Below, in pieces: positions 53,201 to 64,000 of a stretch of 64,000 nucleotides of DNA. Origin of the DNA: Geosiphon pyriformis uo1 (Eukaryota; Fungi; Glomeromycota); the NCBI GenBank assembly GCA_016748015.1, contig JAAOMT010000436.1:1424847-1488846 (forward strand), in the 5' to 3' direction. A program made the position numbers and the translations under genes. Numbering within the stretch: the first letter of the stretch is position 1; every line of letters starts with the position of its first letter. Under the pieces are notes generated by a model that worked only from the letters and a program-made list of their open reading frames with translations, was not told the DNA's origin and searched no databases.

Positions 53201-54619
53201 ATAATGAATGTGATGTTCCATTCTGCTCCCACTGAATTTTTCTGTGACATTGGTTTTACTTCTGAGCATTTGTTGGCCTTTGGGCATGAATCTATTGAAG
53301 TTTACACTGATGAGTCTGTCAAGGGTTTGGGGTTAATTGGTGTCTGTGGTGGCACTGCTGCTTACTTTCCAAAAGCCAATGCTAGCATTGGTGTAAAGGT
53401 TCTTGGCTTATTGTTCTCAACACTGGTGGAGCTGTAAGCTATCACTTTGGTGCTAGAGTGTGTACCTGTCTCTAGCACAGTTGAATTGTTCACAGATAAT
53501 CAGGCATCATTGGACATTTGTAAATTTGAAGTAGATGTGTCTGTTCCTGATTTTTGTCACAAGTGTTGGATTGAGAAGGAGCACATTTGTCAAGTCGTTT
53601 CAAAAAAAAATCTGTCAGTTACTTGGAGAAAGGTCAAAGGACATTCAGGCATTGTCGAGAATGAACAAGCAGATTTTTTTACTAATGCTGCAGTTTTTTT
53701 TAAATCTATGCTACCTCTGGACGTGCCATATCAATTCCTTAGGGTTGAGAACAGACCTGTTTCTGAAAATGCATATCATTTTGTCAAGAACTTGTTTGAT
53801 GCCATTAATTTTGTTAAGTGGGACTTCAGATGTGGCACTAGTGTTGTTGAGGTTGGTGATGCTGGCACACAAGTCATTCAATGTTTGGCACCCTGATGGT
53901 AAGATCTGCTCTGGTTATACCAATTCGTCTTTAGCTTCTATGCAGTCCTATCTTATGAAATCTCTACATCATCATCTGCTGGTCACTGTGAGGAAAAAGT
54001 TGTATGATGTTATAGGTGATAGGTTGGGGTCTCAAAGTAATTAACAAAACCCATAACTTGGTGCTCAAGACTGTTGTCAATGATGGAAATCTGAAGGTGT
54101 GTTTATCTGAAGGTTTATTGGTTGAGTCCTTTGTATAATGGACAGAGATTTAGTGATAATGGTTTTATTTGTAGCTTCCCAAAACCACAGTTTCGTCAAT
54201 TTTTTTTTCAGCATGATAGCCGGTGTTTCTCCTGATAAGCTAATCTTAATCGAGTGTCCTACCCTTATTTCTGGGTCTTTTACCAGTGCTATATCCTGAC
54301 ATTAGTACCCTGCATGTTAATCCTCAATAGAGTTAGTAATAATAACAATTAAGACAAAAAAATGAAAGAAATAACATAAAGAAATAAGCCAAGGCAATGA
54401 GCAAATTAGTATCTTATCAATAGCCATGATCAAAAGCTATTGTTCCAGTGTGGTTAATTATCAAATACTATCAACATGGAGTGTTGATAGTGAAAAGTGG
54501 ATTTGGATGGTAAATATTTTATTTATTCAATATTTGTGAATGAAAGATTTCTAACTAAAAGATTTTGCTCTTTCTTACTTCTAGTACTATTGTTATATAT
54601 ATATAATTTGGGTTCTATG

Positions 54620-54815
54620 AGATTGCTCGCATTCTTGAGCAATGTGCTATAATTTCTCAAGCAATGCTCACATTGCTGAGCAATATGTCATATCTTCTTG
54701 ACATCACTCCACATTGCTGAGTGATGTGCCATGATTTCTGATATTGTTCTACATTGCTGAGCAATGTGCTATGATTTCTAACATTGCTCCATATTGCTGA
54801 GCAATATGCTCACAT
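54620..54815. repeat. ~39-bp tandem array in the LTR U3; each unit contains the hairpin CACATTGCT-G-AGCAATGTG
   Basis: About 5 units, e.g. cacattgctgagcaatatg, cacattgctgagtgatgtg and tacattgctgagcaatgtg. It lies just upstream (- strand) of a TATA-like tatatatata at ~54594-54604. Confidence 0.85.
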
Positions 54816-54896
54816 GCTAACTACTACTCACTTATTGGTCTACTATTTTTCTATATCTGTTTTCTTTTTCTATAAGTAACATTGTCTCCTTCTTTT

Positions 54897-55606
54897 AATA
54901 TTGAGCTTCATCAAAATCTTTGTTTTAAATTAATTCTAATACTTTTTTTTCAAGTATTGTTTTTTTGACTCTGTTCTTTACGTTTTCTACTTGTATATTG
55001 TTCATTCTTTCCTATTGGTTAATGGTTATGGCTTCTATGTTAACATATAACAGTATTTCTGGATAATTCCGAAATATGTTGTGTAGTTGATATATTGTTT
55101 TAACATGTAGTGTTAAATTTGTTTTCTTTCCGATGAATTCTTCAATTTGTTGTATTATGTCTTAATTGAATATTTTTTTGGATTTGTTGATATACAACTC
55201 CTGAATATTCAACTTTTGATCTAATTGGTAGTAGCAATATGATATTGGAAGTTGTGCTGTCTATTGCTTCCAATTCTCCTTTGTAAGTTCTTCTGTTGGT
55301 GCCATAATAGGTCTTTTTCCGAGTGTTTTTTACTTTTTCTATTACTTTATCTGACCAGTTTTTATCACTCTTTGATAACTGCTAATATGATGTGTTTTTT
55401 GTCTTTCTTTTGGTGTTTTAATAGCAAATTGTTAGATTGTTAACAATAATTTCTATGTCCAACTGTTGTTGACTTAAGGTCTGGAACAATTGTTGAACTA
55501 TAGTGTGAATATGATCTGGTATTTCTATTTTCTCAGTTGCTTTTGTTGCATATATTGTGTTTTTTATATACTCTTTTGGTTGTTCAATTTGACGTGTTTG
55601 GTTCAA
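54897..55606 (-). pseudogene. Extra ORF (ORF3) downstream of integrase, frameshifted
   Basis: Segments IEIPDHIHTIVQQLFQTLSQQQLDIEIIVNN, PISYCYYQLDQKL, LHVKTIYQLHNIFRNYPEIL and DFDEAQY* immediately before the PPT. Confidence 0.6.
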
Positions 55607-58600
55607 TAACTATAATTGGTTCTCAATCTTGTGAAATCTTATCTGGTTGAACTATTATTCTTTGTACTTCTAGTTGTGGAATATTATTGGTAAATAATGA
55701 TGCTATCTGGTAATATGATTTCAGTCAATCATTATGTGCTGCTTTGGCTAAGATTTTGTTGTCCTATCTTAATTTATAAGCTCCATTTCTAAGAGTTCCT
55801 TCTATGTGAAATGGTCTGTCCCATTTGGGATTGAATTTTCCACTCCATTGTTTTTCTGCTTTGGTACAATGTAACAGTACTTTGTCTCCAATCTTGAATT
55901 CAACTGGTTTGTCTGGTAGTTAATTATTATGTCTTTTTTTCTGTTTTTCTTGTGTCTTCTGGATGTTATTAGCTGCTCTTCACTATTTATTTTCTAATGT
56001 TTCTATTAAGTCATATGTTCTTTTTAGCAATGTTTCCTGAAAATTGTCTTCAGTTATTGGTTCTGTTAAATAAGTGGTGACTTTCATCTCAATTGGTAAT
56101 GTTGCTGTTCTACTATATACTAATTCAAATGATGTTGCTTGTGTAGTGTCTTGCTTCATTGTCTGATAAGCAAATAATACTAATAATATGAACAAATCCC
56201 ATTTATTCTGATTTTCTTGACTGATTTTGGTAATTGTTTCACACAATGTTCTGTTAAATCTCTTAACTAACTCATTTGTTTGTGGATGATATGGTAATGA
56301 TAATGGTCTTTTGATTCCAAATTTCTGACTTAATTCTGCTAATGTTCTGTTCACAAAGTAAGTTCCTTGATCTGATAATAGTTCTTTTGGACATCCATGT
56401 TAACAAATCAAATTTTGATGAACAAATTTGGCAATGGATTCTGCATCTGCTCTTTGAATGGCTTTTGCTTCTGGCTATTTTGTAAGATAGTTCATGGCTA
56501 CTGTAATATATTTGTTGCCTCTGCTGGTGATTATTAGTGGTCTGACTAAGTCAATTCCAATGTGATCAAATGGTTGTTTTACTTTGATTGGTCTTAATGA
56601 TTCACTGGATTTTGTTCCTCCTCTTTTCTGACAAGCATCACAATTTTGAACATATTGGATATTGTCTGGATATATTGATGGCCAATAATATTTTTTTCTG
56701 GTTCTTTCTATGGTCGCTTCTTTATGAAAATGTCCTGCTATTGGATCTGAATGCATGTTGAATAGTATTGTCTCTTTCTCTGGTTCTGTAATTACTCTGG
56801 TTGGTTGATCTGGATTTTTTTTGTTCTTCCAGTAAAGTATATTTTGATGATTGATAAAATATTTTGATTGTTGTTTTATGTTGTTTTGTTCTTTTTGAGA
56901 TAATTTCTCCTTGAACAATTGGGTCTTTATATAATGTTGTAGTTGTTGATATTTTTGTATGTTCATCTTTTGTTATATTTTCGTTGAGTTTGTTCTGGTT
57001 TTGTTATATTGTTGGGTTGAAATGTTTTTAGATTTGTCTCATTCATGACAAACTATCAGCATTTCCGTTGTTTTTTCTCTTTTTATAATGTATAGTGTAA
57101 ATATATGATAATAGTGCCATTTTCTATCTTGATTGTTTTTTATCTTCAAATTCCTGTTTATGAAGTGCTATTAATCTCTTGTGGTCTATGTATACATTAA
57201 ACTTCTGGCTCAAGTATTCACTTCATTTTATGACTGTCCAATAAATTGCTAAATGTTCTAATTCTAGTGTTCCATAATTTCTTTCAGCTGGAGTTAAATC
57301 TTGGCTAGCATATGTGACTAGATGTTCTCTTTTATCCAGTCTTTTCTGTGATAGTACTGCTTCCAATGCTTGGTCTGATGCATCAATGATAATGATAAAT
57401 GGTTTATTGTGATCTGGATAGATCAGTACTGGAGCTTGTATAAGCTTTTTTCTTAGAATATCAAAAGCTTCTTGTTGTGCTTTTGTTCATTTGTATTTCA
57501 CATTCTTGGTTTGGAGATGATTAAGTGGTTGGGCTATCTTGAAAAAGTTTTTGATGAAGCATTGATAATAGCCTACAAATCCCAAAAATGACTTTAACTC
57601 TATTATATTGGTTAGTACTGGAAAGTTCTTGACTATTTCTATCTTTTCTGGATCCATTTTGATGCCGTTTTTGCTTACTATGTGCCCTAAAAAGTTTAAT
57701 TCTGTCTTGCCAAAGAAGCACTTATTGGCATTTAACTTTAGTCCTACTTGTCATAGTCTTTTAAACACTTGTTGTAGATGATGCAAATGATTATCAAATG
57801 TTTTGGAGAACACATTGGTGTTATCTAAATAAATGACTACTGATTTCCACAATAAGCCAGTATATACTATTTCTATTAGCCGCTGAAATGTGGCTGGAGC
57901 ATTTGTTAAGCCGAATGGCATCACTTTGAATTCAAAATTTCCTTCCTGTATTGTGAATGCAGTTTTTTTTTTGTCTACTGAATCTATGACAACTTGTCAG
58001 TAACCACTATCTAAATCCAATGTTGAGAATCATTTGTTTCTACCAAAAGCATTGAATAATTCCTGAATCCATGGAATTGGATAGTTATTTCCATGCATGA
58101 CTCCATTAAGCTTTCTGTAGTCCATGCAAAAACAGATTTTCCCATTTTTTTTCAGACGAGTACTACTGGTGATAACCATGGGCTCATTGATGGCTGAATT
58201 AATCTGTTGTCAAGCATCTGGTTGATTTCTTGACAAATGATCTCATGGCTGGTGGGTGGTACTCTGTATGCTCATTTTTTTATTAGCATAGCATCTCCAG
58301 TTTTGATTTGGTGTTAGATGATATCAGTTCTGCCAAATTCATTCTTACTGATGAAGATGTTATTGAACTTGTTGAGCAACATCTTCAGTTGCATGCATTG
58401 AAGTGAGTCTAGATTGTCCATGTTCATTTGTTTCAATTGTTTTGGTTGGAGCAAATAACATTCATTTCGTCTATATATTGTTTGTGATGTGATGTCAACA
58501 TATCCACAAAGCTGTGGAAAGTCCAGAATGGGGTTTGGTGGTTGGTTCTCTATTTCAGTAGTTAAATGTCCTATGATGATTCTTTCTGGTATCTCTATAA

Positions 58601-61600
58601 CTTTTCTGGTGTTGTTGTAAATAGGAATTTTAATGTGGCTATAGTTTCTGGCTGGTATGTGGAGATTGATGAGTCCAATTTTTCCTAATTCACAACATGC
58701 TGCTTCTGCCTCAAAAATCTGGTTCTGATTCTTCACTTTCCTTTCTATGACTACTATATACTGGTCATATGGTGGAATAGAAATTGGTTGACTGGTAGAG
58801 ATAATTTCTCCCTTGTCAATAATCTCTTCTTCCACCATATTAACTGGTATATCTACTCTACCCATTGATCCAAATCTCTGTATTCCTTTAGCTGTGATCC
58901 CTAATTCTTCTCTGTTTTCTACTGACACTAGTTGAGCTATTTTGATCAGAGACAGAAATATTGCCTGTGCTATCTTTTCATTTGGCTCTATTACATAGGC
59001 CTTTTCTGAATTATTTTGTAGCATAGCAATGATATTTTCCACATATTCTGCATCAATTATTTCTCTTCTAATGTTGATTCCTCTTTTGGCTAGACTATTT
59101 TTAGATACTAGTTGAACCATTGTGGTTGCTGGAATTTCCAGTGCTAATTTCAGATCAATACAAGTACATGAGTGTAGTTTTAATTTGATGGCATCTTTTC
59201 CAGGATATCTCAGATCAAATCCTGCATCAGTATTATGCGCATGCTCTGGCATGATATCTTCATTATTGTTACTGAATCACTTTAGCTCTTGCTTCTTAGT
59301 GAGTTCAGGGAGCACTATAAATATTTCGGAGTTTGGATCTGAGTCCAAATTGCTATTATTTTTGTTGCCATATTGAATAGAGCTGGAACCGGTGTTTTTG
59401 TCATCATTATTGTTGGAATTTGAATCAGGATTGAAAATTGATTCTGATTTTGATGTGCAGCTGCTGATTGGTTCTTTTTCTTCTGGGATCATGTAGATCA
59501 TGCAGATTGGTGGGTTGTAAATGAGATCACACTTATTACAATATTGAAAGTCACATGGAATCAAACAGTAGTTACATAGTCGAGTGTTTAGCTGTACTAG
59601 CCACTGCTTCTGCTTCTCTTTTGTGGGTGCCAAGTTTTGGTAATGCTCATGGAAATTTTCTGGGTTGGTTTCCATGTTGAGAAAGACATCTGGATTTGGA
59701 ATGAGAATGATGTCAACCTGTTTAGGTGAGTTGTTTTTAATCTCCAAAATTTCACTGGGCGTGGCTCCTTGGACTTTGGTATTCACCATTCGCCAGATCT
59801 TGTTTTCATCATGTGGGTAGCCATCCAATCGGTTAATTGCTCTATGCCAAGCTGCTGTTATGGGCATGCCATGACTTACCTAGTCACTGATAAGAATCGT
59901 GTATTGGCATAAAGTGTTGCATGTTCCTTCTTGACCAGGAATGTCATTCCATATCTTTTTGTTAAGTAGCTATTTGCCACAAGTAAGACATGGTTCGTTG
60001 TTCTACTTGTCTTGGTGCTTTGGATATCTGTAGTATTCACGATGACATGATTTGCAGTAGTAATGTGTTTGCATTCAGTGGTCTTTATCTGGCGCAATCT
60101 ATGCTTCTATGGACGAAAGTTTCTTTCCATAGTCTTTGCATTTAAGTGGAATGAATGGTGGCTGTGGCAGTAGCTGGTGAATGGAATATGAACTTGTCCA
60201 CCCTTTGGTTGTGTTTTTTGTTGGTTTGATTTCTTCAAGTACATTTTCTTCTCTTTTCTTCCCTTTCCCTTTTTCTTCCCAGCTTATTGTTAGTAGCAAC
60301 TCGCTTTAGTTGTCATCAGTCCAAGCATTGATGGTGGTTCTCCAGGTATGTTCTTCTCTTTGTTTTTCTTTTTCATTATTGTTGTTGTCCCATGAGAGTA
60401 TTGGCAGCAGTTCATTATGGTTGCTGTCAGCCCATGAGACTTGATAGACTTCCCAGGTAGGTTTTTTCTCTTCTTTCTCAAACTCAATAAGTGGTGCTGG
60501 TATGTTGATGGTTTTAAGGTGGCCGCACGTGGCTGGTATGCATGTATGTTGACTATTTTGGCTGAGTTGGAGCTTTTGCATGGTCCAATCCAGTATGGTG
60601 TTTATTTTAGTGAGCCAGTTATTATCAATTAGTGCTTGGTATTGAGTGGCTTTTATTACCAAAACTTTGATAGGAACTATAATGCCATTGACTTCAAATG
60701 AGAAGTCATCAATCTCACCAATAGAAGTTTTGGTTATTCCATCAGCTGTGATAATTCTTGCACTGGCAGCTCTGTCAATTCAGCAACTTAATTAATCTAT
60801 GAGTTGTTTGGTGATAATGCTGCCTGCTGATCCACTATCCAAGATCAGTTTGATATACTGACTATCAACTTTGGCATCAGTATACATCGTGGTTATTGGT
60901 TTAGTGTCCAGAGTGGTCCCACTGAACAATGAAACTGACATAATTTCTTCAAGTTCGAATGGGAATATGGCAGCAAGTGATTCATCTTCGGTGCTGGTGG
61001 CTGGTGGAATGTTGTGGGTAAGTGGCTTCTAGTTAGTTTCCTGTTTGCTGGATGCAGCATTTTCTGGGGTAACCAGAAGACTTAAGTAGTTCTGAGAACT
61101 TGGGTTTTGGTTATATCTGGTTCCTAAACTCTACTGGCATGATTCTAATGATTAATTTGTTGAACTGAGAATTAGTTGGTAAATTACCATTGCCAATCTC
61201 CAGTTTTGGGTTACTTTGGATCTGGGATTTCCAAATGTTATTGTAGCTGGGTTTTGTGGTGGTGTTTGAATTGATTGTTGTAATTGATAGACTATTTGTG
61301 GCTGCAGTTGATATATTATAAGTGGCTGCAGTTGATATACTGGTGTTTGATAGATTGGTGGCAGCATCATTGGCAGATAAGTAGTTTGATATTGATTTTG
61401 ATTTAAGTAATGATTCGGAGTTGGGAACCAGCGATTGGAATTCCAATATTGATTTCCTGATTGTGGATTACTATAAGCATAGCAATCAGCTTTAAAGTGA
61501 TCTTGTTTACCACAATTGTGACAAATTCGCATTTTTTGTTGCCATGGCTGATTTGTTGATGATGATGGATGCGACTGATTTTGGAAACAATTTGTGTTTC

Positions 61601-63347
61601 TCTGATTATTACATCATTGAGGAGGCTGATAAATTGGGCGATTGTCAACTAAGTATCTCTCTAATTTCTAATTAATGAAATCACTAAATTGTTTCAGTTT
61701 TGAATTCAAGTCGGATGATCCATTCATTACTAAATTCACAGCTTGGGCATGGTTGGCTTCTAACTCAGCAGCTTCAAAATCTTTAATCTGAGTGACTGTG
61801 GTAGGAAGATCTACTGGATGCATTGGATATACTTGTTAGAATATGCTGCTGCATAAGCCTCTAATGAACTGATTTAAGATTTGTGGCACTGTAAAGTAAT
61901 TAGCTTAGATAGCTTGTATTTAGCACAGATTTCTGTGAAAGCATCCCAAGTAGATAGTGACTGCTTCTGTGTCCCCTTGTTTTAGGATGGTAAAAGTACT
62001 TGCCAGGCAGTTGATGCTGTTATTATTACTGAAATATCTTAGGAATTCTGTTTTAAATGCATTAAAATTTTGGGATTTCTGGGCCAAGCTATAATACCAT
62101 GAGTTGGTGGTATCCTTTAGAAAATATGAGATAACTTGCATTGTTCTTGCATTATCCCAATTATTTACAGTGATGGCTTTGGTAATATCATTGATTCATG
62201 CCTGGGTGTTGTTTTCTTTGCTGGTGAACTTCTCAAGTTTTGCAATTGGTGCAAAAGCCATTGGCACGATCAGTTACTATTGTTGTATTGGTGGTTGAAG
62301 TGGTTGTTGCAGTTGCTGAACCAGTTGCTGGATAAGTTGCTGTAGTGGTGGCTGTTGAAGGAGTATTTGCTGCTGTTGAATTAGTTCAACAATCAGTTCA
62401 ATTAGTGACTGATTGATGATGATATTCAGAGGTAAGTTTTGTTGATTAATTAAGTCAGAGTTTCAATTGTTTTGATTTGTTGGTGTTTGGATATTCAGAG
62501 TTTTAACTTCCAGATTTTCTAAATTTAGATTTTGCTAAGTCTGAAAGTTCGGGGTTCCAAAGTCTGGATTTTCAGGAATCGGGTTCTGGTAAGTAAATTC
62601 TTGATCTTCAAATTCTTTTTCTTTTTCCTGTTTTTCCTCTGATTCTGTTATTTTCCAGGAACTTGTGGTTCCGAAATCTGGCTGAGGTGGTGGGTATCAA
62701 AATCCTGATGGCATTGGCGATCACGATTTAAATCCTTCAAAGTAATTGCCATAAGTTCCCAATAATTCTGCTTTCTTTTGTTTACTTTGGAATGGAAGTC
62801 GTCCAAATATTGATGTTGTGTGTAATACTGATGTGCCTGTTGATGAGATGTTGATGGTGCTTCCTAGAGTGTAATGATATAATGGATTTGTTGGTGATTC
62901 AACTCTGGTTTTCTTCCAAGTAGGTGGTAGTATTTGTCTTAGTGTTACTGCTAGTGTTTGTAATTTTCTCTTGCCTTTGTCCACATAAGTAATAGGGAAT
63001 TGTTGTTGTGTGTATCTCTCAATGGTTTGATTGATTTCCTTAATGATTGGTGTGAAACTGTAGTTTCTTGGGAAGCTAGTGTGTTGAAATAATTCTGTAT
63101 AAAAATTTTTCCTTGTGGTTTCAATGTTAACTGTTCCTCCTAAGCAGTCTGTGATTTTATCATTGACATAGAAGTTAAAAGCTGATTTTGCTGGGAAATA
63201 ATTATTGTTTAATCCTAACTGTTGGCTATACTGTTAGCTATACTGTTGAAACAAGAATTTGGCAAATCCTAAATGGTTTGCTCCTATGTTTTCTGATTCT
63301 GCCACCTTTGAATGATTGCTGTTGGTGCTGGTTCTCTGTAGGATTAT
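55584..63347 (-). pseudogene. Gag-Pol polyprotein remnant: gag (~63347-61150), aspartic protease (~60900-60550), Cys-rich insert (~60170-59500), dUTPase (~59250-58855), RT (~58310-57600), RNase H (~57450-57050), integrase (~56970-55584)
   Basis: Knuckle CHNCGKQDHFKADC; protease LILDSGSAGSII; RT CMDYRKL, VMPFGLTNAPATFQR and YLDN (YLDD with G>A); RNase H IDASD; integrase H..H..CDAC, GIDLV, SLPYHPQTNELVKRFNRTL. Largely one frame with point stops and homopolymer slips; the start appears mutated to ATA. Confidence 0.92.
58855..59252 (-). pseudogene. Trimeric-type dUTPase domain within Pol
   Basis: Five motifs are recognisable: DAGFDL, SKNSLAKRG, IIDAEYVENI, EKIAQAIF and KGIQRFGSMG. Several deviations from consensus fit G>A changes. 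Confidence 0.9.
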
Positions 63348-63348
63348 A

Positions 63349-63365
63349 CCTCACAGAAAGCACTA
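63349..63365 (-). promoter_or_regulatory. Primer-binding site (TAGTGCTTTCTGTGAGG; likely ancestral TGGTGC...), resembling the 3' end of an elongator tRNA-Met
   Basis: Lies 2 nt inside the 5' LTR boundary. The plus strand cctcacagaaagcac(t)a resembles a tRNA 3' end CCTCAC...GCACCA; the tRNA identity is inference. Confidence 0.65.
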
Positions 63366-64000
63366 AATGTTACAGGTAATGGGTTGGGGTCTCAAAGTAA
63401 TTAACAAAACCCATAACTTGGTGCTCAAGACTGTTGTCGAGGATGAAAATCTGAAGATGTGTTTATCTGAAGGTTTATTGGTTGAGTCCTTTGTATAATG
63501 GACAGAGATTCAGTGGTAATGGTTTTATCCGTAGCTTCCCAAAACCACAGTTTCATCAATTTTTTTTTCAGCATAATGGCTGGTGTTTCTCCTGGTAAGC
63601 TAATCTCAATCGAGTGTCTTACCCTTATTTCTGGGTCTTTTACCAGTGTTATATTCTAACATCAGTATCCTGCGTGTTAATCCTTAATAGAGTTAGTAAT
63701 AACAACAATTAAGACAAGAAAATGAAAAAGATAACATAAAAAAATAAGCCAAGGCAATGAGCAAGTTAGTATTCTGTCAATAGCCATAATCAAGAGCTAT
63801 TGTTCTAGTGTGGTTAGTTATCAAATGCTATCAACATAGAGTGTTGATAGTGAAGAGTGGATTTGGATGGTAAATATTTTATTTATTCAATATTTGTGAA
63901 TAGAAGATTTCTAACTAAAGGATTCTGCTCTTTCTTACTTCTAGCACTATTATTATATATACATAATTTGGATTCTATGAGATCGCTTACATTCTTGAGC

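Larger units (their letters stand above)
45255..54007 (+). mobile_element. Non-LTR retrotransposon (LINE-3 in this window), interrupted by two LTR insertions; 3' end lies beyond the Gypsy element
   Basis: Same 5' motif and ORF1/ORF2 as the other LINEs. The reading frame resumes across 48631/51276 (EPQA-VKYSIDTIM), and it is cut at RKKLYD by the LTR starting at 54008. Confidence 0.9.
47260..54007 (+). pseudogene. LINE ORF2 (APE 47260-48050, RT ~51600-52450, RNase H ~53300-53690), split by an LTR element
   Basis: CNVRN, GGDFN, DTDH, TRPIALI, QDMHKAYDSV, FVNNT (FVDD with G>A changes), YTDES, FTDNQ, KVKGHSG..ENEQAD. The start codon is mutated ATG>ATA. Confidence 0.88.
54008..64000 (-). mobile_element. 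Large Ty3/Gypsy LTR retrotransposon with dUTPase; 3' LTR 54008-54881, 5' LTR from 63368 to beyond the window
   Basis: Direct repeats starting TGTTA at 54008 and 63368; PPT (aaaagaaggagacaa, - strand, 54882-54896); PBS; domain order gag-PR-RT-RNH-IN. Confidence 0.96.

Noticed and set aside
55584-55930. Chromodomain at the integrase C-terminus
   Set aside because: Only the GPY/F SH3-like module is visible, with no chromodomain signature (e.g. YLVKWKG).

Overview
Eukaryotic fungal genomic DNA, dominated by transposons. The TE families and protein types resemble Glomeromycotina (Mucoromycota), possibly a Geosiphon-like genome; this is inference, not a search result. Only two intact host genes are visible, both on the - strand: a 6-exon arginine-specific carbamoyl-phosphate synthase large chain (CPA2, 23301-27271, with one GC-AG intron) and a 2-exon Golgi apyrase (YND1-like, 41928-44521). 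Two pseudogene-like fragments lie at 37.3-39.3 kb. The rest is nested, age-layered mobile DNA: two copies of one Mutator-like (MULE) transposon; three near-full-length LINEs (ORF1 + APE-RT-RNaseH-CCHC) plus a fossil; three copies of an ORF1-only non-autonomous retroelement that shares both ends with the LINEs; a 120-bp 3'-end-only insertion; a solo LTR; an internally deleted LTR element; and a large Ty3/Gypsy element with a Cys-rich insert, a dUTPase and an extra ORF after integrase. The extremely AT-rich deserts I could align are these same TEs, eroded almost only by C>T/G>A transitions in all dinucleotide contexts, with gene-proximal sequence spared. The top candidates for novelty are this RIP-like erosion, the ORF1-only (HAL1-like) parasite with a shared structured 3' tail, and the conserved env-position ORF in two Gypsy families.
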